A DNA stretch of 64,000 nucleotides, from NCBI GenBank assembly GCA_963782115.1, contig CAWAIK010000003.1, forward strand, positions 1-64,000, given 5' to 3'. The DNA comes from an uncultured Verrucomicrobiae bacterium (GTDB lineage Bacteria; Verrucomicrobiota; Verrucomicrobiia; Chthoniobacterales; JAFAMB01). The position numbers were made by a program, and so were the translations under genes. The notes under the pieces are model-generated. The model was not told where the DNA came from, ran no database searches, and saw only the letters and a program-made list of their open reading frames with translations. Shown here in pieces: positions 46,403 through 57,866 of the stretch. The first letter of the stretch is position 1. Every line of letters begins with the position of its first letter.

Positions 46403-47245
46403 TCAAGGCATGGATGCTCCCCGGGCCGCGGCAAAAAGAGAGTACCATTCGTCGCGGCTCAGAGAAATGGAAAGCGCCTTGGCACAGGCCCGCAACCGAG
46501 CAGGACGCGTAGTTCCCAGCACGGGCTGAATTTTTGCCGGGTGTTTGAGAAGCCAAGCCAGGAGGATGGCCTCAGCGGTAGTTTGGTGGCGCCGGGCATA
46601 TTCCTGCACCAGAGTGGCCGTCTTTTTGATGTTCTCGGGTTCGCCATCTAGGTTCCCCATCAAGATACCTTGGGCCAAGGGGCTCCAGGCTTGGAGCAGA
46701 ACAGGCTTGGTCCGGCAATATTCCATAGTTCCCTCCCAGCCATCGGGGTAGCGAGGCGAGTTTTGGTTGAACGAAATGCCGAGCTCGACGAAGCCGTGGT
46801 GCAGCAGGCTCATCTCCACCTGGTTCGCCACCAGGGGCTCTGTCAAAAAGGATTGGAGATATTCCATTTGGAACCGGTTCTGGTTGGAAACGCCGAAGTA
46901 GCGCACCTTGCCCGAAAGGCGGAGTTTCTGGAAGGCTTCAGCGATTTCCTCCCCTTCCCAAAGGGGGTCCGGACGATGCAGCAAGAGGACCTCCAAGTGG
47001 TCAGTACCTAACCGCGCCAGGATCGCATCGACGCTTTCCAGGATATGGTCGCCGCTGAAATCGAAACGTTGTGGTGTTCCGGGCGGATCATCCGCCCAGC
47101 GGATCCCGCATTTCGACTGAATCACGATCTTGTCCCTTAGGGACGGTCTTTCCTTGAGCGCCCGGCCGAAAATTTCTTCGGCCCTTCCGCGACCATAGAT
47201 ATTGGCATGATCAAAGAAATTGGCGCCGATCTCCTCGGCCGCATC
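46403..47245 (-). pseudogene. Aldo/keto reductase, N-terminus deleted
   Basis: NFFDHANIYG..IQSKCGI..LLLHRPD..GVSN..AWSPLAQG. Confidence 0.85.
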
Positions 47246-47730
47246 ACGTAAACCACCTTGCCCTGGTTGCCCAGTTGCTCAAAGGCTTGCCAAGTCTCGT
47301 CCCAGGGGCAGTCGCGGTCCACGTGGTGCATCTGGTAAAGATCAATGTGATCGGTCTGCAGCCGTTTCAGGCTTCCCTCGCTGTGCTTACGGATCTTGTA
47401 AGCCGAAAGACTGCGGCCGTCAGTGTTGGGTTCTGCGAGGTTGGCTTTGCGTTTGACAGGATTAAAGACCTTCGTGGCCAGGATCACCGCGTCTCGGCGG
47501 CCGCCTCCCTGGGCAAACCAGCGGCCCAGTATTTCCTCGGTGTCGCCCTGTTCGCCACCTCGGCCGTACACGTCCGCAGTGTCGAAGAAGTTGATGCCGA
47601 GCTCTAGTGCCCGGTCCATGATCTTGAAACTTTCTTCCTGAGCGGTGTGCCAACCGAAGTTCATGGTGCCCAGGCAGATGTTGCTTACAAAGACCCCATG
47701 TTTTCCCAAGCGTTTGTGTTCGATTGCCAT
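47246..47730 (-). pseudogene. Aldo/keto reductase, C-terminus deleted
   Basis: CLGTMNFG, FFDTADVYG, IDLYQMHH; similarity stops after GKVVYV. Confidence 0.85.
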
Positions 47731-47749
47731 AATCGATAGTTTTGTTGCT

Positions 47750-47845
47750 TTCTCCGGCGAATATCCCCGATGATCTGTTCCTTGCTGAATGGACTTTTCT
47801 TCATCTTCTGCTCCTTAGTTCTTGAGCAGAACTCCGATTATCCCC
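47750..47845 (-). mobile_element. IS3-family orfA 5' scrap
   Basis: RBS AAGGAG followed by MKKSPFSKEQIIG. Confidence 0.5.
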
Positions 47846-47847
47846 TT

Positions 47848-48587
47848 CTAGACGAGTGATTCGGCCATCGTGCGCATTTGGATTTCAATGATCCGCGAAC
47901 CCGGGGATTGTTTGCAGGCCAACAAAACCGCGCCGGCCACGTCTTCGGGCTCCAGCATGTCCGAGTTGCTGACCCCTTCTTGCGTCCGCCCCCGGCCAAG
48001 TGCAAATTCGGTCTTCACTCCTCCGGGACAGATAACACCAACCTTGATTCCGTGAACTCGGAGTTCCTTATCCAACGCCTGCGCAAAACCGACTTGCGCG
48101 AACTTCGTGGCACAGTAAACCGCTTCGCCCCCAAACCCATAGACGCCCGCCATCGACGAAATCATCAGGATGGTGCCCTGCTTTTGCTGAAGCATGACCG
48201 GAACCGTGTGACGGGTGAACAGAAACGTGGAGCGCACGTTGGTGTCCATCATGTCGTCGTACTCCTCAGCGCTTGTGTCCACGAGGTTCTTATAATTGCC
48301 CACGCCCGTGTTGTTAATCAGGATGTCGATCTGCCCGAAGGTCTGCATTGCTGCTTCGACCGTCTTTTTCGCCGTGCTTTCCTCTCGGGCATCGCCGAGG
48401 ACGCTGATGGCCTGCGTGCCCAGCTTTTCTGCTTGTTGCTTGAGCTGGTCGAGCCGCTCCTGGCGCCGCGCCGTGAGCACCAGTCGCGCGCCCTCTTCGG
48501 CCAAGGCACGGGCGCAAGCTTGTCCGATGCCGGCGCTTGCGCCGGTGATTAGTTTAGGGCCACTTTTCCAGTGAGGTTTGTCGTCAT
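47848..48587 (-). pseudogene. Short-chain dehydrogenase/reductase, frameshift near N-terminus
   Basis: ITGASAGIG, LINNTG, YCATK; MTTNLTGKVAL is out of frame. Confidence 0.85.
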
Positions 48588-49034
48588 AATTTTGTTAATT
48601 TCGCGCTTTAAGCCTGGGCCACAAACGACTTCTTCCGATTAAACGGTCGGCTAGGAGAGTTGTCCTCGGCGTTATACGAATGTCTCAGTGCTCCCAAATC
48701 GAATAGCTGAAATTCGGCCGACTCCGGAACAAACCTCTCTTTACGTGTACTGATCAGTGTGAATATGACTGCTTCCATATCTTCTGTTCTTTTTTTACTA
48801 TTTTTACTTTCGATTGAGACTGTTGGTCGTCCGGCCCCCAAAAGATAATTATCATTGTTTATGTCCTATCACGAAATCTGATGTTTGTAATAAGCTGGAT
48901 AAAGTTTGGCCGAAGGAATTACGTCGAGTCGCGAAAAATCACTCTTTGTCCCCTACGGCTCGGACAGATGTAGAGTTGAGATCTCGATTAGAGAACCTTT
49001 CACTAATGATCACAACAAACGATCGGCTAGCCTC

Positions 49035-50048
49035 ATGGATCTGAACCGCTTAGGTCCTGGATTATTACATGCCTTCTTGGTTGTTGCCGAGGTCGGAAAA
49101 ATCTCGGAAGCAGCTCGGCGACTTCATCTCTCGCAGCCGGCCGTCACCGCCCAAATTCGGCGGCTGGAGGCTGACCTGGACATGCCACTGTTCATTCGGT
49201 CTGTCCAAGGAGTGACTTTGACGCCCCGTGGAGCTCATTTACGAGAACGGCTTCAGCGCGTTTTCGCCGACCTGGAAGAGGCTTTAAGTGAACTTGATCA
49301 GCCCGGGGAGCTCACGGGAGTCTTGAAATTTGCCGCAAGCACGACCAGTGCGGCCCATTTTGTACCGACCATCTTCGCTCGATTTCGTCGTCCATCCTGC
49401 GGTCGGGCTTCATCTCATTGTTGGGAATGCAAAAGATGTGATCGAGCTTGTTCGAGAGCAACATGTTGCGCTTGGTTTACTAGCGGGTTATGAGCGGAGT
49501 CCAGGTGTTCGTCTTGAGCAGTTCATGCCTGATGAGATTGTTGCGGTTTGTGCACCGCGAATTCGTGATCCAAAGTTTCGACGTGCGATTCAGAATCTGA
49601 AGTCCGCTCGAGATCTTGAGCATCTGCCGTTGATCTGGCGGGAGCGAGGAGCAGGCACGGGGCTATGGTGGAACAGGTGCTCAAAGAGCATGAACTGAAC
49701 GTGAGGAAGTTAGATCAGCGGGTTGAAATCGGAAGCACCGAGGCGATCAAATCACTGGTTGTCGCCGAGATTGGTGTCGCTTTCTTCTCCTGTTGGGAGA
49801 TTCAAAACGAACTTGCAGCGGGAGCTCTTCGAGAAATTAACATTCCCGGCCTGCAAATTCACCGAGTGTTTTCCTGGGCGCTTCCAAGCGGGGACCTAGG
49901 CGGTCTTCCTGGCGAGTTCTATCGATTCGCCAATTCGATCCGAACCGAGCTGTCTGCCGTAAGTATACGGAGGTGGAAGATTGGCGTGAACACCTACCTA
50001 CCCGCATCCGGTGCGGTCGCATGGGCGGATGGGCCGCCAGGCCGATGA
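49035..50048 (+). pseudogene. LysR-family regulator (CysL-like), two frameshifts
   Basis: ISEAARRLHLSQPAVTAQIRRLE; IWRERGAGT; EIGSTEAIKSLV. Confidence 0.88.
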
Positions 50049-50476
50049 ATGTTTCCGAAGTTGGACCCTTCAACTCTTAAGGATACTCAATACCCGGACG
50101 CGCGAGCGCAGGAGTTGCCTTTTGCGGCGGCCAAGCGTTTGAAAACGCCCGACACATCAAGAATTTTTCTCAGCGCTCGCAAATCGAATGGCTGAAATTC
50201 GGCCGACTCAGGAACAGACGTCTCTTTAAGTTTAACAAATACGATGAGTTTCTGGGCGATGCCGGCTATCCGACCGTGAAATCCATATTCCACGGCCCCG
50301 AATTCGCGGCAGGCACTATCCATCGAGTCAACAAAGATAGTCCTCAGGAGCTTTGGAACAATCCGTCGCTGTTCATACCGTTTTAAATAGCGGAGGTCGA
50401 ACCTATCACGTCCGCTGATAGAGCATCAAAAACAATGAATTATCCAATGCTAGAAGGAGCGCAATTTTATAGCCGG

Positions 50477-51668
50477 ATGAAACGTTTTATCGAGTTCGAT
50501 GTGCTTCGAGGGGTCTTGCTGTTGATGATGAGCGTCGATCATTCGCCCTCATCGCTTCGCCGCTTTACCGACCAGCCGCTGGGGTTCTTCTCCACCGCTG
50601 AATGCTTTGTGTTCGTCTCAGCATTCCTTGCCGGCATGCTCTTTCGCAAACGCGCCGAAAAGCTCGGGTTCGCCGCTGCTCGCTCCTCTTCGATCCACCG
50701 GGCCGGACGCATCTACCGGGCACATCTCGTCACTCTTTCCTTCGCATTTGTTCTAGGCAGCTTCTTCTTATCCGAGCTTCCTGGCATCAGAAATTTGTTA
50801 GACCGCTATCTGATGGATCCATGGGCGGCGATTGGTGGATCACTGGCGCTGCTTTTCCGGCCGCCCTTGATGGACATCCTCCCGATGTACGTCCTATTCT
50901 CTTTTCTCACACCTGCCGCTTTCGGAGCAGCTCAACGATGGGGATGGAAGACGGTCCTTTTTGTCAGCTTTTCTACCTGGATCATCGCACAGACACATGT
51001 CAGGGATATGTTGGTAAGTTCATCCAAAGATCTTCCGTTCGTCCAACTCGGTCCGTTCGATCTTCTCGCCTGGCAGCTTCTATGGGTCGGCGGGCTGTTC
51101 ATCGGCCAGCGTTTTCTGGAAAACAAGGCCCTGCTGCCGACGCCTCATTTGCTACGACCGCTCTTAGTCCTCTCGGCGATCGCGTTTCTTTTCTGGCGTT
51201 GGAGTTCTATCACCAGCGGCCCCGATCCAATTACTCAAACATGGTTGTTCGATAAGTGGGATCTCGGACCGTTACGCCTAATCAACTTCGCCGTAGCCGC
51301 TTCCGTCACCGCGACATTCCTTAAGTATCTGAATCGCTGGGAAGCGCCTTTGCGACCATTTTTGCTGATCGGTCGTCACATTGCTTCCTGTTTTCTGCAG
51401 CCAAATCTGTCTTTCTGTGTTGCTCATTGGCCGCACTGAGTCTGGCTTAACTATTGAGCCGACCACCTCCGCTTTAGTAATCTGTCAGCTGCTCACCGCA
51501 CCCCTGTTCGCCTGGTTTTTGGAATTGCGGTCGGTCGCTAAGCAATCGGCTCGCCCAATACCTCCCGCGATGGGCGCTAAGCACCAGATCTCGCTCGCGG
51601 AGACACGCATGAAAAGGCATCCATTGCCTTCTCGCACCGTCAGGCAACCAGTTTTACACCCTCTGTAG
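50477..51668 (+). CDS. OpgC-like membrane acyltransferase, frameshift near 51380
   Basis: FDVLRG..VDH, FSTAECFVFVS, MDILPMY, FDKWDLGPLRL. Confidence 0.8.
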
Positions 51669-51846
51669 AACGCTCTTTTAACAAATGCAAAGCGAATTGA
51701 ATCCGAGACTACCCTGTCCAACGAACGTTTACTTCAAACGGCAGAACCAAATTATACACGTCTGTCCCAGGAGCACAATCACAAGCCGAAATCGCGGGAA
51801 CTTGGATAGATCATCCCCTCCGCGTGGCACGCGGACGAAAATAGTG

Positions 51847-52647
51847 ATGAGCTTCAAGGCTGGCAACCACTTACGATTCGCGGAGGCCCTGGTGGCAATC
51901 TCGATTTACGCCAACGCGTTTACGGCGGACGCTCAGGTCGCCCCGGACATTGCTTCTACGTCGGCTTCTGCTTCAGCAACTCCAACTCTCAACCTGCGCC
52001 TGCCGGTGATGCCCGGTGGCACTCCTCCACTGGCGTCCCACGCTCCTTCCGTTGGTCCGTTTGAGCAGGAAGTCACCTCACTCGAAAACCGCCGAATTGA
52101 GTTTTCGCAACGGCCGATTATCTTTTACGGAAGTTCGTCCATTCGTCGCTGGAAGACTCTGAGCCAGGATTTTATCGGGTACCCGGTCGTCAACTGCGGT
52201 TTCGGCGGTTCGCGCCTGAGCGATTGTGTTCGGTATGTGTCCCGCCTGGTCTTACGGCTTAAGCCTGCGGCGGTGGTGGTCTACGCAGGTGATAACGACC
52301 TGGCGCAAGGCGCCCTGCCAGACCAGGCGTTTGCCTCGTTCCGGGATCTTTACGGTGCACTACGCGGCTATTCGGAGCAGATGCCAATCGCCTATATCTC
52401 CGTCAAACCGTCCCCGGCTCGGATCCGCTACATCGACAACATCCTTCGCTTCAACCAGATGGTGCAGGCGTTCCTGCAGAACCAGCCGGCGACCAAATAC
52501 ATCGATATTTACACGGCGGTGCTCGGACAAGACCATAAGCCTAATCCTGCCCTTTTCGTTCAGGACCAAATTCACCTTAGCGGCCTTGGCTACCAGATAT
52601 TGCGTCGGGATGTGTCGTCATTCTTGTCAAGTGAGTTAAACCCCTAG
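51847..52647 (+). CDS. SGNH/GDSL-type hydrolase
   Basis: FYGSSSI, NCGFGGS, YAGDND, DQIHL. Confidence 0.88.
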   Translation: MSFKAGNHLRFAEALVAISIYANAFTADAQVAPDIASTSASASATPTLNLRLPVMPGGTPPLASHAPSVGPFEQEVTSLENRRIEFSQRPIIFYGSSSIRRWKTLSQDFIGYPVVNCGFGGSRLSDCVRYVSRLVLRLKPAAVVVYAGDNDLAQGALPDQAFASFRDLYGALRGYSEQMPIAYISVKPSPARIRYIDNILRFNQMVQAFLQNQPATKYIDIYTAVLGQDHKPNPALFVQDQIHLSGLGYQILRRDVSSFLSSELNP

Positions 52648-52682
52648 ACCGCAACAATCACGCAAGACCGAAGGTCCCCTAC

Positions 52683-52879
52683 GCCATCGCCTACAAAGCT
52701 GCCAAAAAGGACGGCGAATTCGTCGTGCCTGGATTTGGGAAGCTCGTAAAACAGAAGAGGAAAGCTCGCACCGGGATTAATCCCTCAACGAACAGAAGAT
52801 CAATATTCCCGGCAAAACCGTGATTAAGTTCCGCGTCTTCAAGGTGGCGAAGGATGCGATTCTCGGCGCGAAGAAGTAA
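52683..52879 (+). pseudogene. HU-family DNA-binding protein fragment
   Basis: GEFVVPGFGKLVKQKRKARTGINPST then QKINIPGKTVIKFR after a shift; no N-terminus. Confidence 0.8.
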
Positions 52880-52881
52880 TT

Positions 52882-53538
52882 GGGGTCACTCCTGAATGGC
52901 GCGAAGTTAAGCAGGGTTTGGGATGGTTTCTTGCCTCGAAGTGGCGATAGATTTCAGGGTTTCCACCCTGATCATTATACACAATTTTGTCGGCGGGAAG
53001 CGGTCGCCCAGCGCCACTATCGCTGGAAAAGCATCGCTCGCCGGTGCAAACAAAATACAGGCTGGAAGCCTGTGCTACTTTACGCCGTCGCGTGGTTGCC
53101 GTGGGTTCGCGGAGATTGCACCAGGATGTCCTCCAGAGATCGCTCGACACTCCGGAAAGCAATGTAGTATAGGCTTCCAGCCTGTATTGTTCGCACCATC
53201 AAGCGATGCTTTCCAGGTATCCTCCGTTTCTCCGATTTGTGTACAAAGATCCGGGTTGAAACCCCGGGCTGAGTCCTCTCGACCCCTTCGGGGTGAAGAA
53301 CCATCCCAAATCGCCCTTATCTTCGCGCCATTCGGGTCACTCCTCCGTTTGTAAAGAATTGTAGGCCAGAAATTACGAGGGGAATTGGTGCTATATCCGT
53401 GTCGACTGGACTGACGCTGGACAAGTCCCCGATCTGATCAAGGCTGTCTGGAAGGCCGCGCTACAGAAGCTCAGGCGCTGTGATTACTGCAGGCTCGCGG
53501 CTTAACGTACAATTTTTTACAAACGGAGGAGTGACCCC
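52882..53538. mobile_element. Outer MITE with about 31-bp GGGG-initiated IRs
   Basis: Removing the inner element restores GGGGTCACTCCTCCGTTTGTAAAGAATTGTA, matching TACAATTTTTTACAAACGGAGGAGTGACCCC. Confidence 0.8.
52894..53333. mobile_element. 440-bp palindromic MITE with 11-bp target duplication (IS4-like ends)
   Basis: IRs GAATGGCGCGAAG/CTTCGCGCCATTC; flanked by GGGTCACTCCT at 52883 and 53334; internal REP-like inverted pairs. Confidence 0.85.
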
Positions 53539-53710
53539 TACTCCGCCATCCCGGAAAGGAGTGGTTTTTCGCGACTCAACCCAATCCCTTCGGCCCAAAC
53601 TTCCTCCAGCCTATTACAGACATCAGATTTCGTGATAGCAAATAAAAAATGATAATTATCTCGTAAAGGCCGCACGACCGACGGTGTTAATCGAAAGGAA
53701 GATAATAGTT

Positions 53711-53989
53711 ATGAAATTAAACAGTGTTTTAATTGCTGCTCTGGTCTCGATTGGCCTTCTGACGATTGGCGCAGATAGCACTTTCGCAGGTGGTTACTTC
53801 TCGGCCGGGAACCCCGGCGGACTGCGATCAGGGTTAAGCTATCCCCTCGCAGGAACGCCGGCTAACCAAGCTTGGGAGAGAAACAATGCTTGGGCCAATT
53901 ACACGGCGCAAAACAGGCAGGTCCAGGTACCGAATGTCTCAACCGGAACCTCTGGTTCGGCGCTTCAACATAATGTCGTTACTCCGTAA
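53711..53989 (+). CDS. Small secreted protein
   Basis: MKLNSVLIAALVSIGLLTIGADSTFA signal peptide; RBS AGGAAG. Confidence 0.55.
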   Translation: MKLNSVLIAALVSIGLLTIGADSTFAGGYFSAGNPGGLRSGLSYPLAGTPANQAWERNNAWANYTAQNRQVQVPNVSTGTSGSALQHNVVTP

Positions 53990-54698
53990 CCATCGCCTTG
54001 CTGCAATCTCAGCCGGCTTAACAGTGGCGGCACCACTTTCACGCTCCGCTGCCGCCGGCCCCGAAGTCACTGAAACCTACATTGACTTCTTCACCTCCAC
54101 GATCCGTAACCGAAACACTCGGGCTGCTTACGCGCGGGCTTGCTGGCAGTTTTTTGATTGGTGCGCCGCTCATGGTCTGGAACTCACGACCGTGCGACCG
54201 TTCCATGTGGCTGCCTGGATCGAGGACTTTCCAGGGTCCAAACCGACCGTTAAGCAAAAGCTCGCCGCGGTGCGGATGTTGTACGATTTTCTGGTCGTCC
54301 AGCAAATTACGCCATCGAATCCGGCACATTCCGTTCGCGGGCCAAAGTACGTCGTCAAAAAAGGTAAAACGCCCGTCTGGAGCCGCGAAGACGCCAAAAC
54401 GCTGTTGGATTCAATCCCAAAGGATTCGGTGTCCGGTTTACGGGACCTAGCGCTCATCGCTGCGATGTTCTACAGCTTCGCCCGTGTAAGCGCAGTACTA
54501 AAACTCAGGGTCGATGATTACTATCATAATGGCGCCCGCCGGCGGCTGAGACTCCACGAAAAAGGCGGCAAAGAGCATGAAATGCCAGTGCATCACCTGC
54601 TGGAGCAGATATTGGACGAGTACATTGTCGCCGCAGGTCTCCAGAGCAGCCTCACCTCGCTCCAAAAGATCGTCCTCGCCTTGTGCCAGTTCTCATAA
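53973..54698 (+). pseudogene. Tyrosine recombinase, C-truncated (copy 2)
   Basis: Close nucleotide match to 41752-42217; has the N-terminal domain but lacks HxxR and the catalytic Tyr. Confidence 0.9.
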
Positions 54699-54746
54699 TT
54701 GATAAAATGGTCAGAATGATTTAGAGTTGGTCTTTCTCCTAAAGCT

Positions 54747-55343
54747 GTGAGCGAAACTCCGATTCACAATCTGCTTACCATAAAAGAGACGTCCGAGTAC
54801 CTGCGGATTCCTCTCCCGACTGTCTACTATCTCGTACAACGCGGAAAGATTCCGGCTATTCAAATCGGCGGCCGCTGGCGGATCAAGAAATCCGCTCTGG
54901 ACCGCGACGTTCTGCGCCAAGACAAGCAAGGCCAACCAACAGTGTTAGTGGTCGACGACGATCCGGTCCTGCAGGATCTCTTTCAAACATTTTTAAAGAA
55001 AATCGGCTTCAGTCGAGTGGTGGTCGGTACGGCTAAAGAGGCCATTAAAAGCCTCCGGAAGCAGAAATTCGATCTCATGTTTTTGGACTTGCAATTGCCT
55101 GACGCTCCCGGTGATCAGGTGTATCAAACAGCCAAGCAGATTGATCCGGACCTCAACGTTATCGTGATCACAGGTTACCCGGACAGCGAGATCCTCGATC
55201 GGATTCTTCAAGTCAGCCCGGTCACGGTTCTAAAGAAGCCACTGAAGATTGAGCAGCTCTATCAGACGGTTAAGATTCTCGGGCACAACCGCCCAAGCCC
55301 GGGACTCGAGCAACAAAGTTCGAGGCTTCTCGTGGGGTTGTAA
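54747..55343 (+). CDS. Excisionase-type HTH plus receiver-domain response regulator
   Basis: LLTIKETSEYLRIPLPTVYYL..IGGRWRI; VLVVDDD, FLDLQLPD, ITGY, KKPL. Confidence 0.9.
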   Translation: MSETPIHNLLTIKETSEYLRIPLPTVYYLVQRGKIPAIQIGGRWRIKKSALDRDVLRQDKQGQPTVLVVDDDPVLQDLFQTFLKKIGFSRVVVGTAKEAIKSLRKQKFDLMFLDLQLPDAPGDQVYQTAKQIDPDLNVIVITGYPDSEILDRILQVSPVTVLKKPLKIEQLYQTVKILGHNRPSPGLEQQSSRLLVGL

Positions 55344-55432
55344 CGTGGCCTCTTAGGTAAGCCCACCCGTTTTGGCGACCGCGCGCCGAATGCTCCTCTT
55401 CGGCGTCTAGGTCTAGGTGGATCATAAGCGAT

Positions 55433-56054
55433 TCATTCCGGCTGACTCTGTTTCGCTTCCATATTACTTTCGATGCCCTGGACCTCACGCTGCCCTCCAG
55501 AAGGGATTTTGACAGGAAGCTTCGCCGATTCTTTGACGGCGGTTTTGACACTGGCAGGAGGCTTTTCGGCCTTTGCTTTTACATTGATCGATTTTGCAAG
55601 GAGGCTCAGCTTTTTGTCGGCGGCTTTCTCTTCATTCAATGTCAGAGTAAAAAGTTCGGCTGCTTCTTTCTCTCCCAGCAGTTTTGCAAAAGTCTGCACC
55701 GTGCCACACCCAGCCATCTCATAGTGTTCGACACGCTGGGCCGCCGCCGATGATCCCCGCATCCATTACCTCAGCCGCCGCATCCTCTCCGATCCATTCA
55801 CTCCCCTCTTCGATGAGACCCTTCATGCCGGCGCAGGTGTGACCCGCAAGGCGTTTGCCCAGTTTTTCAGCCACCTGCTTCAAGCGTTCAAGATGTCCCT
55901 TGGTTTGTTCAAGATGTTCGATGTAGGCATTTTTCAGATCCGGATTTCTCGCCGCCTTCGCCATTTTTGACAGCGCCTTGATTAACTGACTTTCGGCATT
56001 GTGCAGATCCTTGAGTTGCTGAAGATAAAGGTCATTCAGAGATGCGAATTTCAT
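55433..56054 (-). pseudogene. Ferritin-like YciE/YciF (DUF892) protein, frameshifted
   Basis: QLKDLHNAESQL..CAGMKGLIEEG then AAQRVEHYEMAG in another frame. Confidence 0.88.
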
Positions 56055-56406
56055 GGATGTTTATTTTCGATCATGCCCGAGAGATGTCCGGGTGACCACC
56101 CTCATCTTTATTCCTTCTTTAAACACGAAAATGCATTTTATCGTGTTAAGGAAGGGGATCTTTTTGAGGAAACTCATGCATGGTCCATTGAGGACTAATC
56201 TCAGTCCGCTACATTTGTTGTCGCCCTGTTTCGCACTGTACTTAAATAGGTTTTCGAACGATCGAGGTCCTTTGCTTGTTTATCTGTTATCAGTCCGTAA
56301 TCCCAGAAGACAGGTTGACGAACCCGATCGTCGACCGCTTGGCGGCGTGATCCTGGATTGAACCTTTTTGCGGGTATATGCAAAGAAACCCATTATAGAA
56401 CGAACC

Positions 56407-57322
56407 TTATGACTGAGGATTCGGCAGCAGTCCGCGGATACGGTTCAGATCCTGGACCGCTGTGATCACAGGTCCGGGTGCTTCACGCGGAAAGAGATGC
56501 CCGGCCAGAGGAATGACTCGTCGCTCATAGTGCGCGGAAAAGAGCTTTTCCTGCGCCTCGGACATTTCGGGCGGATGAATCGTGTCTCCTTCGCCATGCA
56601 ACACGATTGTCGGTACACCGATCGTTGGCCGTGTAGAAAGCTGCTTTTCAATTGTTTCCAAAGTTGGATCACCGACAGCGGCGCCGTGGCGATATCGATA
56701 CGAATGGATAACAATGTCGAGAAAGTACGGATTATCGAAGCTGCGGGCCGTTTCATCAAAGAGCGCATCAGTAAACTTCCAGTTCGGACACCAAAGTTTC
56801 CATAGCAGACGACAGATATCACGCCGGTTCCGTTGAAGACCGGCTCTACCCCGCTCGGTTTGAAAATACCACTGGTACCAACCTTTGTATTCCCACTGGG
56901 CAGGCGCGGGCTCTCGATCAAGAGTAAAGCTTTCGACGTTATAGCCGCCGATCGGGATGAGCCCGCCAACTTTCGCTGGCCACAACGCCGCTGCAGTGCA
57001 AGCCGCTCGGGCGCCCCAGTCGTAACCCACCAGGATCGGTTGCTGGAGGTGAAGAACTTCGATCAATCCCTTTAGATCGTGCGCCAGAGCGCCTTGCTGA
57101 CCTGACCGCATTGTATCAGCGTTCAAGAATCGAGTTGGTCCAAATCCGCGCAGATAAGGGACGATCGTTTGGAAGCCTTCAGGCAACCAGAGGGCCAATC
57201 ACGCCATCCCAAGCTCTCGCGTCGTCAGGAAAGCCGTGCAAAAGAATGATCGGCTTACTGTTGGCTGCCCCGCTTTCTTCGTAACCGATCTCCAGCGTGT
57301 CGACGAGGACTGTTTTCACCAC
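56407..57322 (-). pseudogene. Alpha/beta hydrolase (epoxide hydrolase-like), frameshift near 57190
   Basis: LLHGFPDD, VGYDWGARA, LHGEGD, AGHLFPREAP. Confidence 0.85.
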
Positions 57323-57813
57323 TGTTTGGCGGCTCCTATCGTTAAAATTACCGGCCCTCTAGCCCAGCGAAATCCCCGAGGCGGTTTTTGTTTTTGTGCA
57401 TACCATTAAATCCATCTGCGCACCTGCTTTTTATAGCGCATCCACTGCTTGCCAAAGTCCTTTTCCAATTTGTTTTTCCTCGCGCCGAATGAAGAGGTCC
57501 ACCTAGGGGAGATGGTTAGCCGTGTGAAACGTCCAGTTGGCGACCCGAGTGTTGAAAAACAAGGTCCCAGGTCAAAACGTCCTTTTCGAAGTTGCGCATT
57601 CGCAAAACGGACGAGCCGCACCCAGTTGCCGTGTCATCGCGCCCATCACTTGCCCGAGGAACTCATCCAGTTCTGGCACGGACGCGAGCGAATCAAGACA
57701 TCCAAGAAGGGCTTCGTTCGCTTTTGCCAGCTCGGCTGCGCGCTCCCGGGCGGCTTTCTTCCCTTTCTATGGCAAGAGCATTTAACGAGAGAAAAGGTTT
57801 AATCCCCGCTGAG

Positions 57814-57866
57814 TGTCGATTGCAGCTAAATCGTAGACCAAAGATGGGCTCCTCTCCCTCGGAGTC
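57814..57866 (+). repeat. Orphan transposon-like end (TGTCGATTGCAGCTAAATCGTAGAC)
   Basis: Same family as 18768, 38726, 40764 and 46037; truncated after CTCGGAGTC. Confidence 0.7.
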
